Below are positions 38,351 to 51,248 of a stretch of DNA of 64,000 bases, piece after piece; position 1 is the stretch's first letter, and each line of letters begins with the position of its first letter. Under the pieces are notes generated by a model. The model ran no database searches, was not told the DNA's origin, and saw only the letters and a list, made by a program, of their open reading frames with translations. A program made the translations under genes and the position numbers. This stretch comes from Balamuthia mandrillaris. Taxonomy: Eukaryota. The DNA is taken from positions 248,001 through 312,000 of the forward strand of contig JAVKOQ020000001.1 of the NCBI GenBank assembly GCA_031835245.2. Direction: 5' to 3'.

Positions 38351-39979
38351 ATGGCTAGTGTATCCCATAGAATGGGCCGCTCTCGTAGCGAGCATAACAG
38401 TTCCTCCTCCTCTCCCTCCCCTTCCAACGCCACCACGGATGACGTCGTTACTTTGGAAAACAAATCTCTTTCCCATGAGTAACTCATCTTTCTCTCTTTG
38501 TTTCTCTTTCATTCCATTGCTTAGCTTTTGTTGTTTTTCTTCTTTCTCTTGTCCAGGTGTTCATCTCCAGGAAAAGAACTGGGTGAACAACAACATAAGA
38601 CGACAGAAACAACAGGAACGATAACCACTCCTTCCACTACCTCTTCTGCTACTTCGTTCCTCTCTTCTTCCTCTTCCGCTTCTTCTCTCCTTCTCACCAA
38701 CCTAAAGCCAAGGAGTATCGGAGAGGAAGTAGAGCGGCGCATGCAAATCTGCCTCCAGCATAACAGCAGCACGCACCTCTCCCTGGAATTCCTCTCCCTC
38801 CCCTCACTTCCTCCTCGCCTCTTCTCCTCCTCTTCTTCCGCTTCTTCCTCCTCGCCTTTCTCCAATCTCTCTGTCATTTATCTCTCCAACAACAAACTGA
38901 CGACCATCCCAGAAGAGCTGCTCTACCTTGCGCACTCCCTCAAAGAGCTTCACATGCAGTACAACCTCCTGGAAACGCTGCCCCCCTCCATCGCTGGATT
39001 CTCTCGCCTGGAGAAGCTCTTCCTCTCGCACAATCGCCTGACCGCGCTCCCTGCCGAGTTAGGCCACCTCTCCTCCTCTCTCACCACGCTCTCCCTCTTT
39101 AGCAACCGCTTGACGGAGGTGCCGCGGGAGCTCTGCAAGTTGGTCAACCTGCGTGCTCTCTTCTTGGACCATAATCGCTTCAGCCGGCTGCCCCCGCAGA
39201 TTAGGCAGCTGACAGCCTTGCAAACGTTGCAGCTGCAGCATAACAGGTTGAGGAGCTTGCCGGAGATCGGGTGCCTGCGGGAGTTGAAGCGGCTCACGTT
39301 GGACCATAACCAGTTGACGTGGCTGCCTGCGTCCATTGCCACTCTCTCAATTTTGAAGTATAAGACTCTTTCTCTTCTTCCTCTTCTTTGTACCTTCTGT
39401 TGGATTTCCATATCTTGCTTTCTCTGCTTCTTTTTTCTCCACTAACTCTCGTTCTATTTTCTGACGTAACGTTTAACAAACAATAGTACATGTACAGTGC
39501 AAAAGAATCGCTTCCATAAAGCTACGCAAGGACAATGGCGCACAGGAGTGCCTTCTCTGCTTCACATCTCCAGCGCTGCTGTTCTCAACTGTCCTCAACT
39601 CGACTTTGAAAATGCCAACATTACCACTGAACTTAAACGAATGCTCATTGGTACCTGGATTCTCTCCTCTTTTACCTGTTTTCTTCATATCCTCCTTTCT
39701 GTTTTAGCTAACCATTCCTTTTGCGTCATTTCTTTTTCGTTTGCTTGAATAAACAACAGAAGAGCAAACCTTTTGTTCAAAGTGCAGTAAAGTAATGGTT
39801 GGAGAGGGATACATGGAACGGGTTTACAGCCGCCCTTTAAAAAGTCTTCTCAGCAGCGAAAGTCAATTGGCGTATACCTTCCGAACGACGCTTGCTTCCA
39901 CCACAGGGGAAGTTATTGTTCTCCTTCGTGGCTCGTTTTGTTCTCTTGCTTGTGCCTCTTCTGTTTGACCGTTTTTCTC

Positions 39980-40018
<39 letters not shown>

Positions 40019-40137
40019 GTCTCTCTTAAATGTACAATTTTTGTAGGAAGGCACTATTTTGTGGAATAAACGGAGGTGATAGTTACACAATTTCCACACA
40101 CGATACATCTCTGCATCGACTACTGGTATCGCGTTAA
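38351..40137 (+). CDS. Leucine-rich-repeat protein with C-terminal BC-box-like and Cys motif
   Basis: About 7 LxxLxLxxNxL repeats (38860-39350), then VPSLLHISSAAV and FCSKC. The 3' end is approximate. Confidence 0.85.
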
Positions 40138-40642
40138 CTCTGCCAAACGGTGAGGAAATTCAAGCCCTTTTTATATCCATCCCAAACGCATCTCTTTTGA
40201 GATCCGAGTTCCTCCTCATTCTTCTTATCTCATTGAAACCTTCAACGACCTTGTCCGGTAGCACCACTCATAACTGTGAAGACCAAGAGGTCTTATCTCA
40301 TTTTCACTATTCAGCTCTTACGAAGAGAGACTTGCGGTCTCATGGTACCACCTTCCATCCAACACTGGCGTCTTTCAAAAGGTCGACATATTAATATGTC
40401 CTTGTCTAAGCGTTGACTCCTGGGATGTATCATGAAGCTGGCGCGGATGATGGAAGGCCAGCCGAAGGTAAGAGTTGGGATACATCTTCTTCCAGGCGAC
40501 ATGTCTCCTTCAGTGTCTAAAAATGTCACATTACAATTTACCATCATAATTAATGAATGTTTGTATATCTTGACATTTAAACTTTTTTTAGGTGACTATA
40601 AAAGTTGGTGGCAGCAATAGTAATAGTAATTGAAGTTAAACA

Positions 40643-42108
40643 ATGAAAACAGTGGTTACTGTATTGTTGCTCGTAACATTATGTTGCGGTCTAAAGGGTG
40701 AACACCAGTCGGACATGTTGTGGCAGAATACCGAATACTTTGAACTTGTCCTCAAAGAGATACCTTTTGGCAAAGCAGTTTACCCTGCTGTTGAATTTAT
40801 GGGACGAAACCCAAACACTGACATGTGGTTTACACTCCGTAACTTGCTTGACACTGGTTCTTATGGGGCGTTTGCTTTAGCGGGAGGTTTCCGGATGACT
40901 GACGACATTGAGTCTCCTAACTTTCCACTGGCAACCGAAACGAGAAAGGGTTTAATGGACCTTTTTGGCTCGGGGGAAAGTTGGTTGGAAAAATGGAGGT
41001 CAGTTTTTGCCCAAGACGCTGAGGGGGTTAACGAGCCGTTGCAGCTTCCTTCATTTGCAAAAGAAGGTTGGAAATATTACATGGGTGCCAATACTGGAGG
41101 CTTTGTCGCTCAAAGTGCTATGCCTTATCTGGAGTGTGTTTCCTATGAGGACTGGAGCCAGAGGGGAAGGTGTCCTCGATATGCTGCCTTCTATTCTTAC
41201 TCAGAGAAATTGGCAAATATTTTGGATTGTACTACACCGAATCTTCCTGACTTTGATGTCATTGCTGCCTTATGGGGGCTTGCTCCAGGTGCTGCCCCTT
41301 ATGATGGAAGCCTTCCAGAAAGGTGGTCAAACTGGCCAGTAGACCGAGACTCAGATTGGATATGGGATGATCTGCACAGCAAAAGAGAATGTCTCTACTT
41401 TGAATTTAACATTAATAGTTATATCAACACTTTCCTCGTTGATACTGGATGCGGCCACCATCATCATGTTTCATCTGCATTGATCATACCAGCACTCGAG
41501 TCACCATATTGGATGTTTTCCACGCGTGCCAAATTGTCAGGGTTTCACATTGACTCAAAATATGTTACTCACAGTTTTCGTGCAAGTGCCCCCGATATTT
41601 TCAATGTTATGATTGATACTGGATTGGCGGCACATATTATCACTGAGTCAGGTATCCCTCCTCATTCAAAGTTTCTTCACTGATGAGAGAATACTAACAC
41701 GATTGGCCAGATATGTGGGAAAACTCTTTCAAACCTCTTATACCAGATTCAGTTAATGAATTTACCTTGACCTTAGAACCAAAGCATGTTCATCCAGATT
41801 CAGCTATAACCACTTTTAGCATTAAGCTATCAATTGAAAATGTTATCTCTTTGCATGATTTTGGTGAATCATGGTATAAAGGCTCTCATCTGGTGTTTGG
41901 TTGGGGACTGATGAAGGTTTCAACTTTGCCATTGTTGATAAGTCTTTGTTTTACAATATATTAACTGGTGTAACAGGGATCAAATAACAGATGGTCCTTT
42001 GCACATCCAAAGGCCACATTGGTTGACGACAAAGGGAACCAAATTGGGTATACAAAGGATAAACTCAGAATAATATGGCAAGAAGGTTTACCCTCTTCAA
42101 ATTTCTAG
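40643..42108 (+). CDS. Secreted divergent pepsin-like (A1) aspartic protease
   Basis: Signal peptide; LLDTGS ... LWGLAP ... MIDTGL ... LVFG in the bilobal order; 2 short introns. Confidence 0.6.
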
Positions 42109-42817
42109 CACAACAAACCACAACAAAAGTTTTGCACTGCCGTCTGGTTAAATCAGCTGTTTTTCTGCCCTCCTATTGTACTATCCCTTCCTTTATGTTT
42201 ATACACCTTTCTCAGTCAAGTAAAAGACTTTTCATACACCAATATGTAAGTGTTAGTATGTGAGAGAAAGCAAAGAGAGAAAATAAAAGAAGGAGAGAAA
42301 GTTGCGATAAGGTTGGTTGGGAAACAACCTGATCGGTACGAACTCAATGGGAGAAGGGAAAAAACCGTTAATACAACGAAAGAAATCAAAGTACAAGGAG
42401 AGATAGCTGTTAGGAGAGGAGACTTTTTCTTGCTCAAAGTGGCTTTTGCTATCCACCAAACCTCGGAATAGTCCTGCCCAACTCACACCCTCTGTTGTAA
42501 CCTAGAGTCTCTGTCATAGGTGTTAACACGCCGGATGTTACCTTTTTTATTTCCTGGAGCACAACCTAATAGTCCTTTTATCAGATAGTGTTGTGGCTGG
42601 ACTTCCTGCTTTTCAAAGTATGAAAAAGTTTATCGAATGGACTGTCCTGCGCAATGATAACTTTTGGCACTCACACAATTCATTCATTTACCTGGTTGAT
42701 ATCCATTTTGGCAAATGCCATCTTATGTTATGCATTTGTCAAACGTTTATAAGACGTTTGGAAGCAGGAGCTAACTTTTATTTTAAGATAGTTCGATACA
42801 CAACAATCACATACAGT

Positions 42818-44980
42818 ATGGCCCGCGCGGCGGTATTGGTCTGTCTGCTATTTTGCATCAAATTGATCACCGCACAAGTATGCCTGAAGGACACCGGCCT
42901 TACGCCAGATCAAAGCAAAGACCCTTTTCGCTGCTCTCCTTCCATCATGATTCCTTGCGACTGGGGAAATGACACTGCAACCTCTAGCCATTGTGTCAAC
43001 CATAGGGCAGGATGCCTAGCTACCCTTCCTACTGACTTGGACGATAACTTGAAACGTGCTCTTTGTCCAGGGGCCCATCCCGTGGCAAACAGCATCTCGG
43101 TTGAATGGGCTGCGAAGCAAGGCATTTCCGCCAACCATCATCTCTGGTATTCTCACGACCGCGACCTTTCAAAGAGATTATTATGGAGATATGCAGACAC
43201 CGAGGGCAGCAAAATCCCTACTCCGTTAAAACCTAAATATTTGGTATATGCACATGAGTTGATACTAGATTGCAAGCAATGGACTCTCCACTATGGCTTG
43301 AACATATCCGCGTGGTGTTATGAAGATATTCACCAGGCCAATTTCCAACCGCAGCTGACGGTATATTCCAACTTGGAAGGGAATACCAAGACCTTTCTTC
43401 AGTACAGGTGGAGAGAGCCCCCGGCAGGAAAATGGCATCCAGATATAGCACTTGCTTGCAATCCAAATACAGGTGAAGCTCACTGTATCTGGTACGATGG
43501 CACTAACATCGGACATCCTGGTAGTGTGGTGCCGCCAGCGTCAGCTTATCACTTTGTCAGATATGATAATACTGAACTACTTTCCTCTCGGATGTGGGGG
43601 GGTTATGCCTGCAACCTCTCTGATCTTGTTGTTAAAAAAGAGGACAACTGGACTTGCAGTTGGGAATTCACCAATGTAACTCAATCCTCATGTCGCAATC
43701 CGATCACCAATTTAGTCGATAATTCTAAGTGTACTCGGACTGCTGATTGTCGTTTGACCTGGGAGAATTGCATTTCCACTGACTTCGCACATTCAGCCTA
43801 TGACGACTTTGAAGATCGGCAGGTAAAAGTAATTGAAACCCCAGGAGAGGGAGGAGGTGTCTATCACTTAGACTTAAAAGAAAAAAGCCTTTGGTACCCA
43901 TACGAAACTCAAGAGACGATATGTTTTTTTCTTGAGTGTATTCAGCCAGCATCATGGAGCTGGTTAGGAAACAGCTGGCAGAGTGGGAACTGCAATGAAA
44001 CATGTTGCATGTTGCTGTCCAAGCCAGCCCAAATTCCTGCAGACTTTTGTTGCAAATTCCTCGTTATGAATGGCATTCACAGAAGGCCTTTTTGTCCGGC
44101 ACCGGTGCACGAGGTTTACTCTCTGCAATACATCTTGGAAAACCACGCGGATGACCTCACCTACGTATACACTGCGTATACCACTGGGATGACAACGGTT
44201 TGCGGAACGAAGGCCTACAGATTGAACCTGGACGCCCCGCCCACTCTGTTAGAAGCAATACAAAATAGTTGTAGAGGAAATTTAACACTTACTGTAAACA
44301 GCACGGGTGGGTGGGGCGGAACCGCGCATCAAACTGCTGTCTATACACAAGCAAGATTTGGTGCTTCTTTTACGGAGGACAAGTCAAACTTTATTTCATT
44401 TTTGGAGAGCGACCATTTTGCGGACATGTTTCGAATCGGTGGGAATTATGTGGACGAGAACGATCCGACAACGCTACGCGACTTTTTTGACAAAGAAGAA
44501 GCTCATCAGCTTCTTGATTATGGAATCGCTAACAACCAGAGCTTCCGCAGCGATATCTTGAACCGTGCATACCCGTCAGACAAGACGTACATCACCGACC
44601 TCGACTATGCTCCTCACAAGTGTTCTGTTGCAGATGCACCAAATGTGTATCTTGATGAGCAAGGAAAGCCAAGAATATGGATACCTGCCGGATCAAAATA
44701 TGTCACCTATTCCAAAGATGGAAACGGGGAATACATCAAAGGCGCTGTATCCACCATGGGCTCCACTACAGGGGCCGAGGACCTCCTGCCGACCTCAAGC
44801 GACCAATCCATGAGCCTTTTCAGAGTACCATGTCTTCCAATTGCGGACTTTCCCGGAGGCATCAGTTGGCTTGGATGCGATGGCACCGCCGTCAACATTC
44901 CTGTTGCCCTACCTTCAGAATTCAATTCCTCCTTTTGGCCGTATACCCAATCTTCTGGCTGTGCGTTGCCGCGCACCTAA
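42818..44980 (+). CDS. Intronless secreted Cys/Trp-rich orphan protein (720 aa)
   Basis: Uninterrupted ORF with signal peptide MARAAVLVCLLFCIKLITA. Confidence 0.8.
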   Translation: MARAAVLVCLLFCIKLITAQVCLKDTGLTPDQSKDPFRCSPSIMIPCDWGNDTATSSHCVNHRAGCLATLPTDLDDNLKRALCPGAHPVANSISVEWAAKQGISANHHLWYSHDRDLSKRLLWRYADTEGSKIPTPLKPKYLVYAHELILDCKQWTLHYGLNISAWCYEDIHQANFQPQLTVYSNLEGNTKTFLQYRWREPPAGKWHPDIALACNPNTGEAHCIWYDGTNIGHPGSVVPPASAYHFVRYDNTELLSSRMWGGYACNLSDLVVKKEDNWTCSWEFTNVTQSSCRNPITNLVDNSKCTRTADCRLTWENCISTDFAHSAYDDFEDRQVKVIETPGEGGGVYHLDLKEKSLWYPYETQETICFFLECIQPASWSWLGNSWQSGNCNETCCMLLSKPAQIPADFCCKFLVMNGIHRRPFCPAPVHEVYSLQYILENHADDLTYVYTAYTTGMTTVCGTKAYRLNLDAPPTLLEAIQNSCRGNLTLTVNSTGGWGGTAHQTAVYTQARFGASFTEDKSNFISFLESDHFADMFRIGGNYVDENDPTTLRDFFDKEEAHQLLDYGIANNQSFRSDILNRAYPSDKTYITDLDYAPHKCSVADAPNVYLDEQGKPRIWIPAGSKYVTYSKDGNGEYIKGAVSTMGSTTGAEDLLPTSSDQSMSLFRVPCLPIADFPGGISWLGCDGTAVNIPVALPSEFNSSFWPYTQSSGCALPRT

Positions 44981-45046
44981 GCCGAACGCTTGTAACTTTC
45001 ATGTACATAGTAAATTGTTTTTTGTTTTGAGGAGGATCCAGGACGA

Positions 45047-45097
<51 letters not shown>

Positions 45098-45874
45098 GAG
45101 ATCATCGTCCACCTCCTCTTCGTTGCCTTCTTCTTCTGCTTCTTCCTCATTTTTCATCATCTTCTTCAGTATTATCTTCCTCATCCCTGTCTTCGTCTCC
45201 ATCGTCTTCTTCTGCGTCTTCCTTCGTAATCATAATTGAATGTCCTTACGAGGTCCTATGGATTCAATCAACAATTCGCAAGGAAAAACAAGCGGCCCAC
45301 ACTAAATGATGAACTTGTGTTGGACTTGAGAGAGTGGAAAGATGCAGAATTGATGGTTAAAATAGAGCTTTTTACATGCATGAAAAATCCAGCTTTGTAG
45401 ATATAGCCTGATAATTGCCCAAACTCAACATCCAACGTCTTTGGGGCACATTTGCAAAAGTAACCTGCCACACTTCTTCAGCAGAATAAGTGCAGCGCTG
45501 CAGGGTACACATCAGTATGGAGGAGTCATGTTTTTTCCCACAGAGCATTTTGGTGTTGTCTGCTCCAAGAGCTGGGGATGAGATTTGTCGGCAAATTTAA
45601 GGACAAAAGGGTTTGCGAAAGAAACAAGCATTGTCTCACAAAACAGTGGCTGTACGATCAAGAGTAAGAAACGAAAAGTCAACAAATTTTTGTTTCTCTC
45701 TTCCTTGTCCTCCTCTCTCTCGCTCTCTGCTCTTAACCACTACAGGAAACCTTTTCCTTCGTTTTATCTCGCTCTCTGATCCAGGTTCCACGGGTATGTT
45801 CCGCTTCTGGAGATAGATTTCTCTTTCCTCCTCTGCTCTCCCCCGCTTCTGCTTACTGCTCACTCTCTGCCCTT

Positions 45875-46480
45875 ATGGAAAAAAAGAGCGATGTGTACGA
45901 CCTCGTCTTCAAGGTAGTACTCGAAAAGTTTGACCAGCCTCTCCGAGACACCTAATCTAGATTAGCGTGGCTCAGTCTCTTCAAACTCAAGTGGCCTAAC
46001 GCCCTCAAGGAGTGTGACCCCTCTTACTCCCACGGGGCCACCGCCAGGTATTCTACTTTCCTCTCACGTGCTCAACGTCTCTATCGCCCCTATCCCCGAC
46101 GCGGTAGATCCGAGCAGCGACTGTGAAGACAGCAGCAGCGACGATGACGACGCCCCCGAAGACACCGTAGTCAGCGACGGACCTCTAAGGCACTCCCAGC
46201 AGAGATAGCAGCCCTCAGCCAACACTTTTGTTGTTCCCAGTACCTCCTCCCCACCCCACCACCCCTCTGCACGCATTACTAACGCCTCCTCAGCACTCCC
46301 CCCGCCTGCTGGCTTGGCTCCGCTCCCCACCAACCCAGGCCCACTCCCTGCTGGCGTCTGCCCCTGCTGTGCAACCGGCAAACACTGCTCTCCCACTAGT
46401 CTCCGTGCTGCCAACAATGCTCTTCACCCCAATGTAGCCCAGCACCTCCATGGCCCCCCCCCTCCCTGCCCAACTCGCTA
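45875..46480 (+). pseudogene. Possible decayed ORF
   Basis: Coding-like frame MEKKSDVYDLVFKVVLEKFDQPLRDT*SRLAWLSLFKLKWPNALKEC interrupted by a stop; further fragments follow. Confidence 0.3.
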
Positions 46481-47099
46481 ATATCTACTCCTTCTATCTC
46501 TTTCTCTTTTCTCTCTCAAGCACCAAAGGCTTCCGCAGCCATAAACATGGGAGAGGAACATGGGGTACTTGACGTCTACTCTCATGGCGTTGCTCTCTAC
46601 AGGCCGTGCCGATGATGAAGGCAACACGTCCACACCTCGAACAGCTCTGCTCTGTGTCCCGCATGGCCGTTAATCCCACTAGAACGAGAACGAGATCGAG
46701 AAATTCTGCGAAGAGAGAACGAGACAGGCTGGGACTGAGAATGAGGACAGGAAAGAGGACAAGAAAAAGAACAGCAGAACAACAGCAGAGGATGTGGATG
46801 GTTCTTTTGATTTGGGATTGGTTCGGAAAATAAACCACACTTTTTTTGGTTTTTGGTGTCTAAACAGGTTAGTCCCTCTCCTCTGCCTTCATTCTTCTCC
46901 ACGCCAACAACCACAATATTGAAGAAGGAATGTGGTTAGGTTCTGATAAGGAGCAATATGATGACATCAGCTGCATGGTTTTAGGGCATCCTAACCTTTT
47001 CCTCAAGTTTTGGGTCAAAGCTAAGAACCATTAAAAAAAAGTGGTGGCTTAGAGGCAACAACCGCAGCTGGAGGACAGTCGATAACCAAAAACCCGCAA

Positions 47100-47444
47100 A
47101 TGAAAAGCCTGGCCTACAGCAACCACGCCTCGTTGTCAGAATTTAACAAAAGGGCTGTTGACTTTGATGTTCTGTATGATTTTTCTTCGTTGGGGAAGGA
47201 TGGACCGCTATTCAAGGAAGGCTACTTAAAGAAACAGGGTAACTCCCACAAAACTTGGAAAAAAAGATGGTTTGAGTGTTCCGCCACAGCTATCCGGTAT
47301 TACAAGACAAAAAAGGTTTTTATTTCAATTAGAATTTGTTTCTGTTTCACTTGCGCTTATCCGTCTCATTTTATGTAGGACTACATACCCATTTCCACCA
47401 TTGAAATGAAAGAAATCCAAGAGGTCTTCTCTCTCTCCCTCCCT

Positions 47445-47503
<59 letters not shown>

Positions 47504-50500
47504 CTCTCGCTCTCTCCCCCTTCCCTCTTTGCTTTGTATAGTGACGCCCCAGCTCCAGGTCACAGCAGAGAGGTTGGATAAGAAGTCAAGGTTTAACATA
47601 CAGTTGCATACCTCGGCTCGCACCTGGCAGATTCTAGCTGAAACTGAAGAAGAACAAGAACAATGGTATTGGTTGTTGAAATCAACATACTTTTAAGCTC
47701 ATTTGTTTGTTTCTTTTTTTATGTTGTAGGTTGGAAGCATTCAAAAGAAACCACGACTGTTTTCATCAAGGAACACAACACAAATGCCTACAAAAGGTGT
47801 GGCTTTCCGAATGTAATTCTGTTACAAAAAGCAAAGGCAACGCAAACATTGTTGAACTCTATGGGAAGCATTTAAGCCACTCTAGATCATTTCCCGTAGA
47901 CCACACCTTGGCGACTGACATGTACAACCCTTTCCTTTTGGCTTGGCTTCTTCAGTTCCTCTCCCTTCTCCATCTCTCTATGCGTTTTCTGACTCCAAAG
48001 GGACATAATACTGTGGTGCTTAGTTTTTCGTGGTATATTGAGGATATCGACTTCAAAAGAGAAGGCCACAATGAGAGGCTTATGATACGGTCCGTGATGG
48101 ACGATGAGATTACGGCGATAGAACTTGGGTCACTTGATACAATGGGGCAAGGAGCAAGTTCCTTTCTAAAGGAGCTTGCTGACGGGATTAAGCATAATAA
48201 GGGAATCAGTGGTCCTGGAGACGGAGCTAAACAGCTTAAAATGGAGCATTGGCCCATTCGATTCAAAAGGGGATTTCTGAGTGTGAGTGTGGGAAAACAC
48301 GAAATGAAGACCATGTGGGTGCAGATCGGTGGTCTCATTTTGAGCTACTATGACAAACCAGAGGTACTTCATTTCTTTAATTCCCTACATTCTCTCTCGT
48401 CCTCTGCCCTGCTCCTCCCTCCTCTTTCCCTCACTCACCTTGTTTGCTTGCTGGCTTGTCCCTGTGTGCACAGTCCCCGAAAGCGGTGGGTCAAGTTCTG
48501 TTGGATACAGTGCAAGTACACCTGGAACACTTCCATGAAGAAAAATATCCTGATCACATCGTCTTAAAACCAGCCAATAACGAGGAGGAAGAGGAAGAGG
48601 AAGAGAGCAACAGAAAGACATGGGTCACTCTGTCCGGTTCCAACATCTCCTCTCTGAAACCCTCCTCTGAACTACAACGCCTAGAGTGGGTGCAGGCCCT
48701 CTGCCTCAACAAAGTACGGTTGCGGAAGGAACCCAAATTCGTTTTCAATCCTGCGGTTGCTCGTTTCAAGCGAGACAACATGAAGTTTCACGGCCTGAAG
48801 GTCTGGGTGGAGCTGGATGAGATGACTTTGAGGATATACGCCGGCTCTAAGGTACGTCATGTCCGGTAGCTTCATCGTTCCGCTGCCCTAGGGCTCCATC
48901 ATTTTGGATTAATTGGTTTTTTTATTTTGTTTTTTTTATTTGCTTTGTTTGTTCGAAACACTCGTTACCTTCCAGTCCACCAGAGCGAAAAAGCTGATTC
49001 CCCTACAGAAGGTATCAGCGGTTGTTGCTGATGATAATAAGCTTGCCTTGCACATGGCCGGATCGCTAGTTGACTATGAGCTATTCTTAGAAAGCTTTGC
49101 CATCGATTGGAAGCAAGCAATCGACAACAACCGCACTCTACTGCAACAAATCTTTGATGAACAAGTGCCAACCAGTGGTGCTCGTCCACCAACCTTTGTT
49201 GCGTCGCCTGCCAGTCCAGAAACTGCCGATAGAAAACTATCACATCAAGACACTGCCACTGGCTCCATAGTGGCTAAGGGTGGTGCTTCTTCGAGTGAGA
49301 AGACGCGAACGGCAACAAGCGTGCAAGAGCTTGCGGATGAGAGCAAACACTCTAAACATTTCCGAAGAGGACCAAGTGAAATTGAACCCTCCGAAATACA
49401 GATAACCGGCAAGCTGGGCGATGGGTGCTTTGGTGAAGTTTACAAAGGCTTCTGCCGGAGCAACGAGGTTGCAGTTAAGGTTCCACTAGTACAGAACCTT
49501 GATGAAACACAGTTACAACTTCTACGAAAAGAAGTGGAGATAATGAGGTTCTGTATCTTTTTTCCTTCACTTTGTTCTTTTGTTTAACTTCTCTGATATC
49601 CGCTTTTTAGTGCCAACCCTCACCCGAATATTGTGCTATTTATGGGAGCTTGCACCGTGCCTGGCGAGTTTAAGATTGTGACGGAGCTAATGGATGGTGA
49701 CCTTGATTCCTTGCTTAAGAAACGAAATAGGAAGCAAGGAGACTACGAATACTCGCTCTATGAGAGAATGAAGATGGCAAAGGACGCAGCTTTAGGCATG
49801 AACTGGTTACACCGCTCTAACCCGCCTATTGTGCACAGGGACCTCAAAAGCGCCAACTTGCTGGTAACTGAACTTTTAACCTCTGCTTTGTTCGCGTTAC
49901 CAACTTTTTTCTAGTATAACAAAACCAACGGGAGAGTCTCCAAAGTCAAAGTCTGTGATTTTGGTGCTTCTCTTCCCCTCCCCCCTCCTCCAACCCTCTC
50001 TCTCTCTCTTTCCTCTCTCTCTCTCTCTCTCTCTCTTCTCTGTGCTTATTGATGGAAACGTTTGCATGTGGATAGGGCTCAGCACTATTAAACAGATGCA
50101 AACTCTGAAAGACACGGGTGGGGCCAAAGGAACTCCTCTCTACATGCCCCCGGAAGTAATGTTGCAAGAAGAATTTGATGAAAAGGCTGATGTATACAGT
50201 TATGGCATTGTGCTGTGGGAAGTATGTTCTTCTCATTCGATCTCTGCCCCTCACTATCTGAAGCTTTGGTTCAGCTTTTAACAGGTCTGGATCCATTTCC
50301 ACATCACACGGAATACCAATCATTTGTGAGAGCAATAGTGGAAAATGAGGAAAGGCCTTCACTACCTACAAATTGTCCTCCTACTCTTCGTTCTCTCATT
50401 GGTTGCTCCCTCCTATTGATCTGCTTCCTCTCCATCTTCTTCTTCTTCTATTCTTCGTCCTACTTTCTACTGTTCCTGTCTGCATCTGTGAATGTAATGT

Positions 50501-50711
50501 AACACGTATTTTACAGAGAGCTGCTGGCACCCTCAACCGGACTACAGACCCGATTTTGACGAAATTAACAATGTGCTGGATGAAATCATTGTGGAAGCTG
50601 CTCTTGCTCACGAAGAAGCTTCTGAGTTTTGGATAAACGCTTTCTTGCGCCAGGTTTTTCTTTCTTTTTCTTTTCCTCAACGCACATCCGGCACTTATCC
50701 TCCCCATCTCC

Positions 50712-50779
<68 letters not shown>

Positions 50780-51207
50780 GCTCTGAACAATAGCACAACG
50801 TGCCTTGGCGGAAATTCATCCAAGCTTTTTATACGTTTATCGGGGAACAACTGCCAACCGCCTTCCATAATGAAGAAAACGCTCACTGCCACTCAAAACA
50901 TAGTGGTAGTCATGAACAGCGTGACCTTACCTACAGATGCATACACTCTCTGCTTGGTTTGATGCCCCTCTCATCACTTTCTTGTGGTGCCTTCTTCTGA
51001 CCATTCTAAGCACAGTCGAAGAGAGCACCAACGACGTCAGCACACAAATGGTCAATATTGAGACTTTTGCCAATGTAGTACAATGGTTTGGACCACAGCT
51101 CCGTAGCAGTGAGTTGGGCCAGCGTTCTCCTTTCCTGGAAAACGTGGAACATATTCTTTCACAAGAGTACCACTTCTTTATTTTGACATCTTCAATAACT
51201 CTCTAAT

Positions 51208-51248
<41 letters not shown>

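Noticed and set aside
45240..45600. Minus-strand SAEEVW..RR..L resembling a hAT transposase C-terminal motif
   Set aside because: Similarity too weak; no terminal repeats or catalytic region seen.
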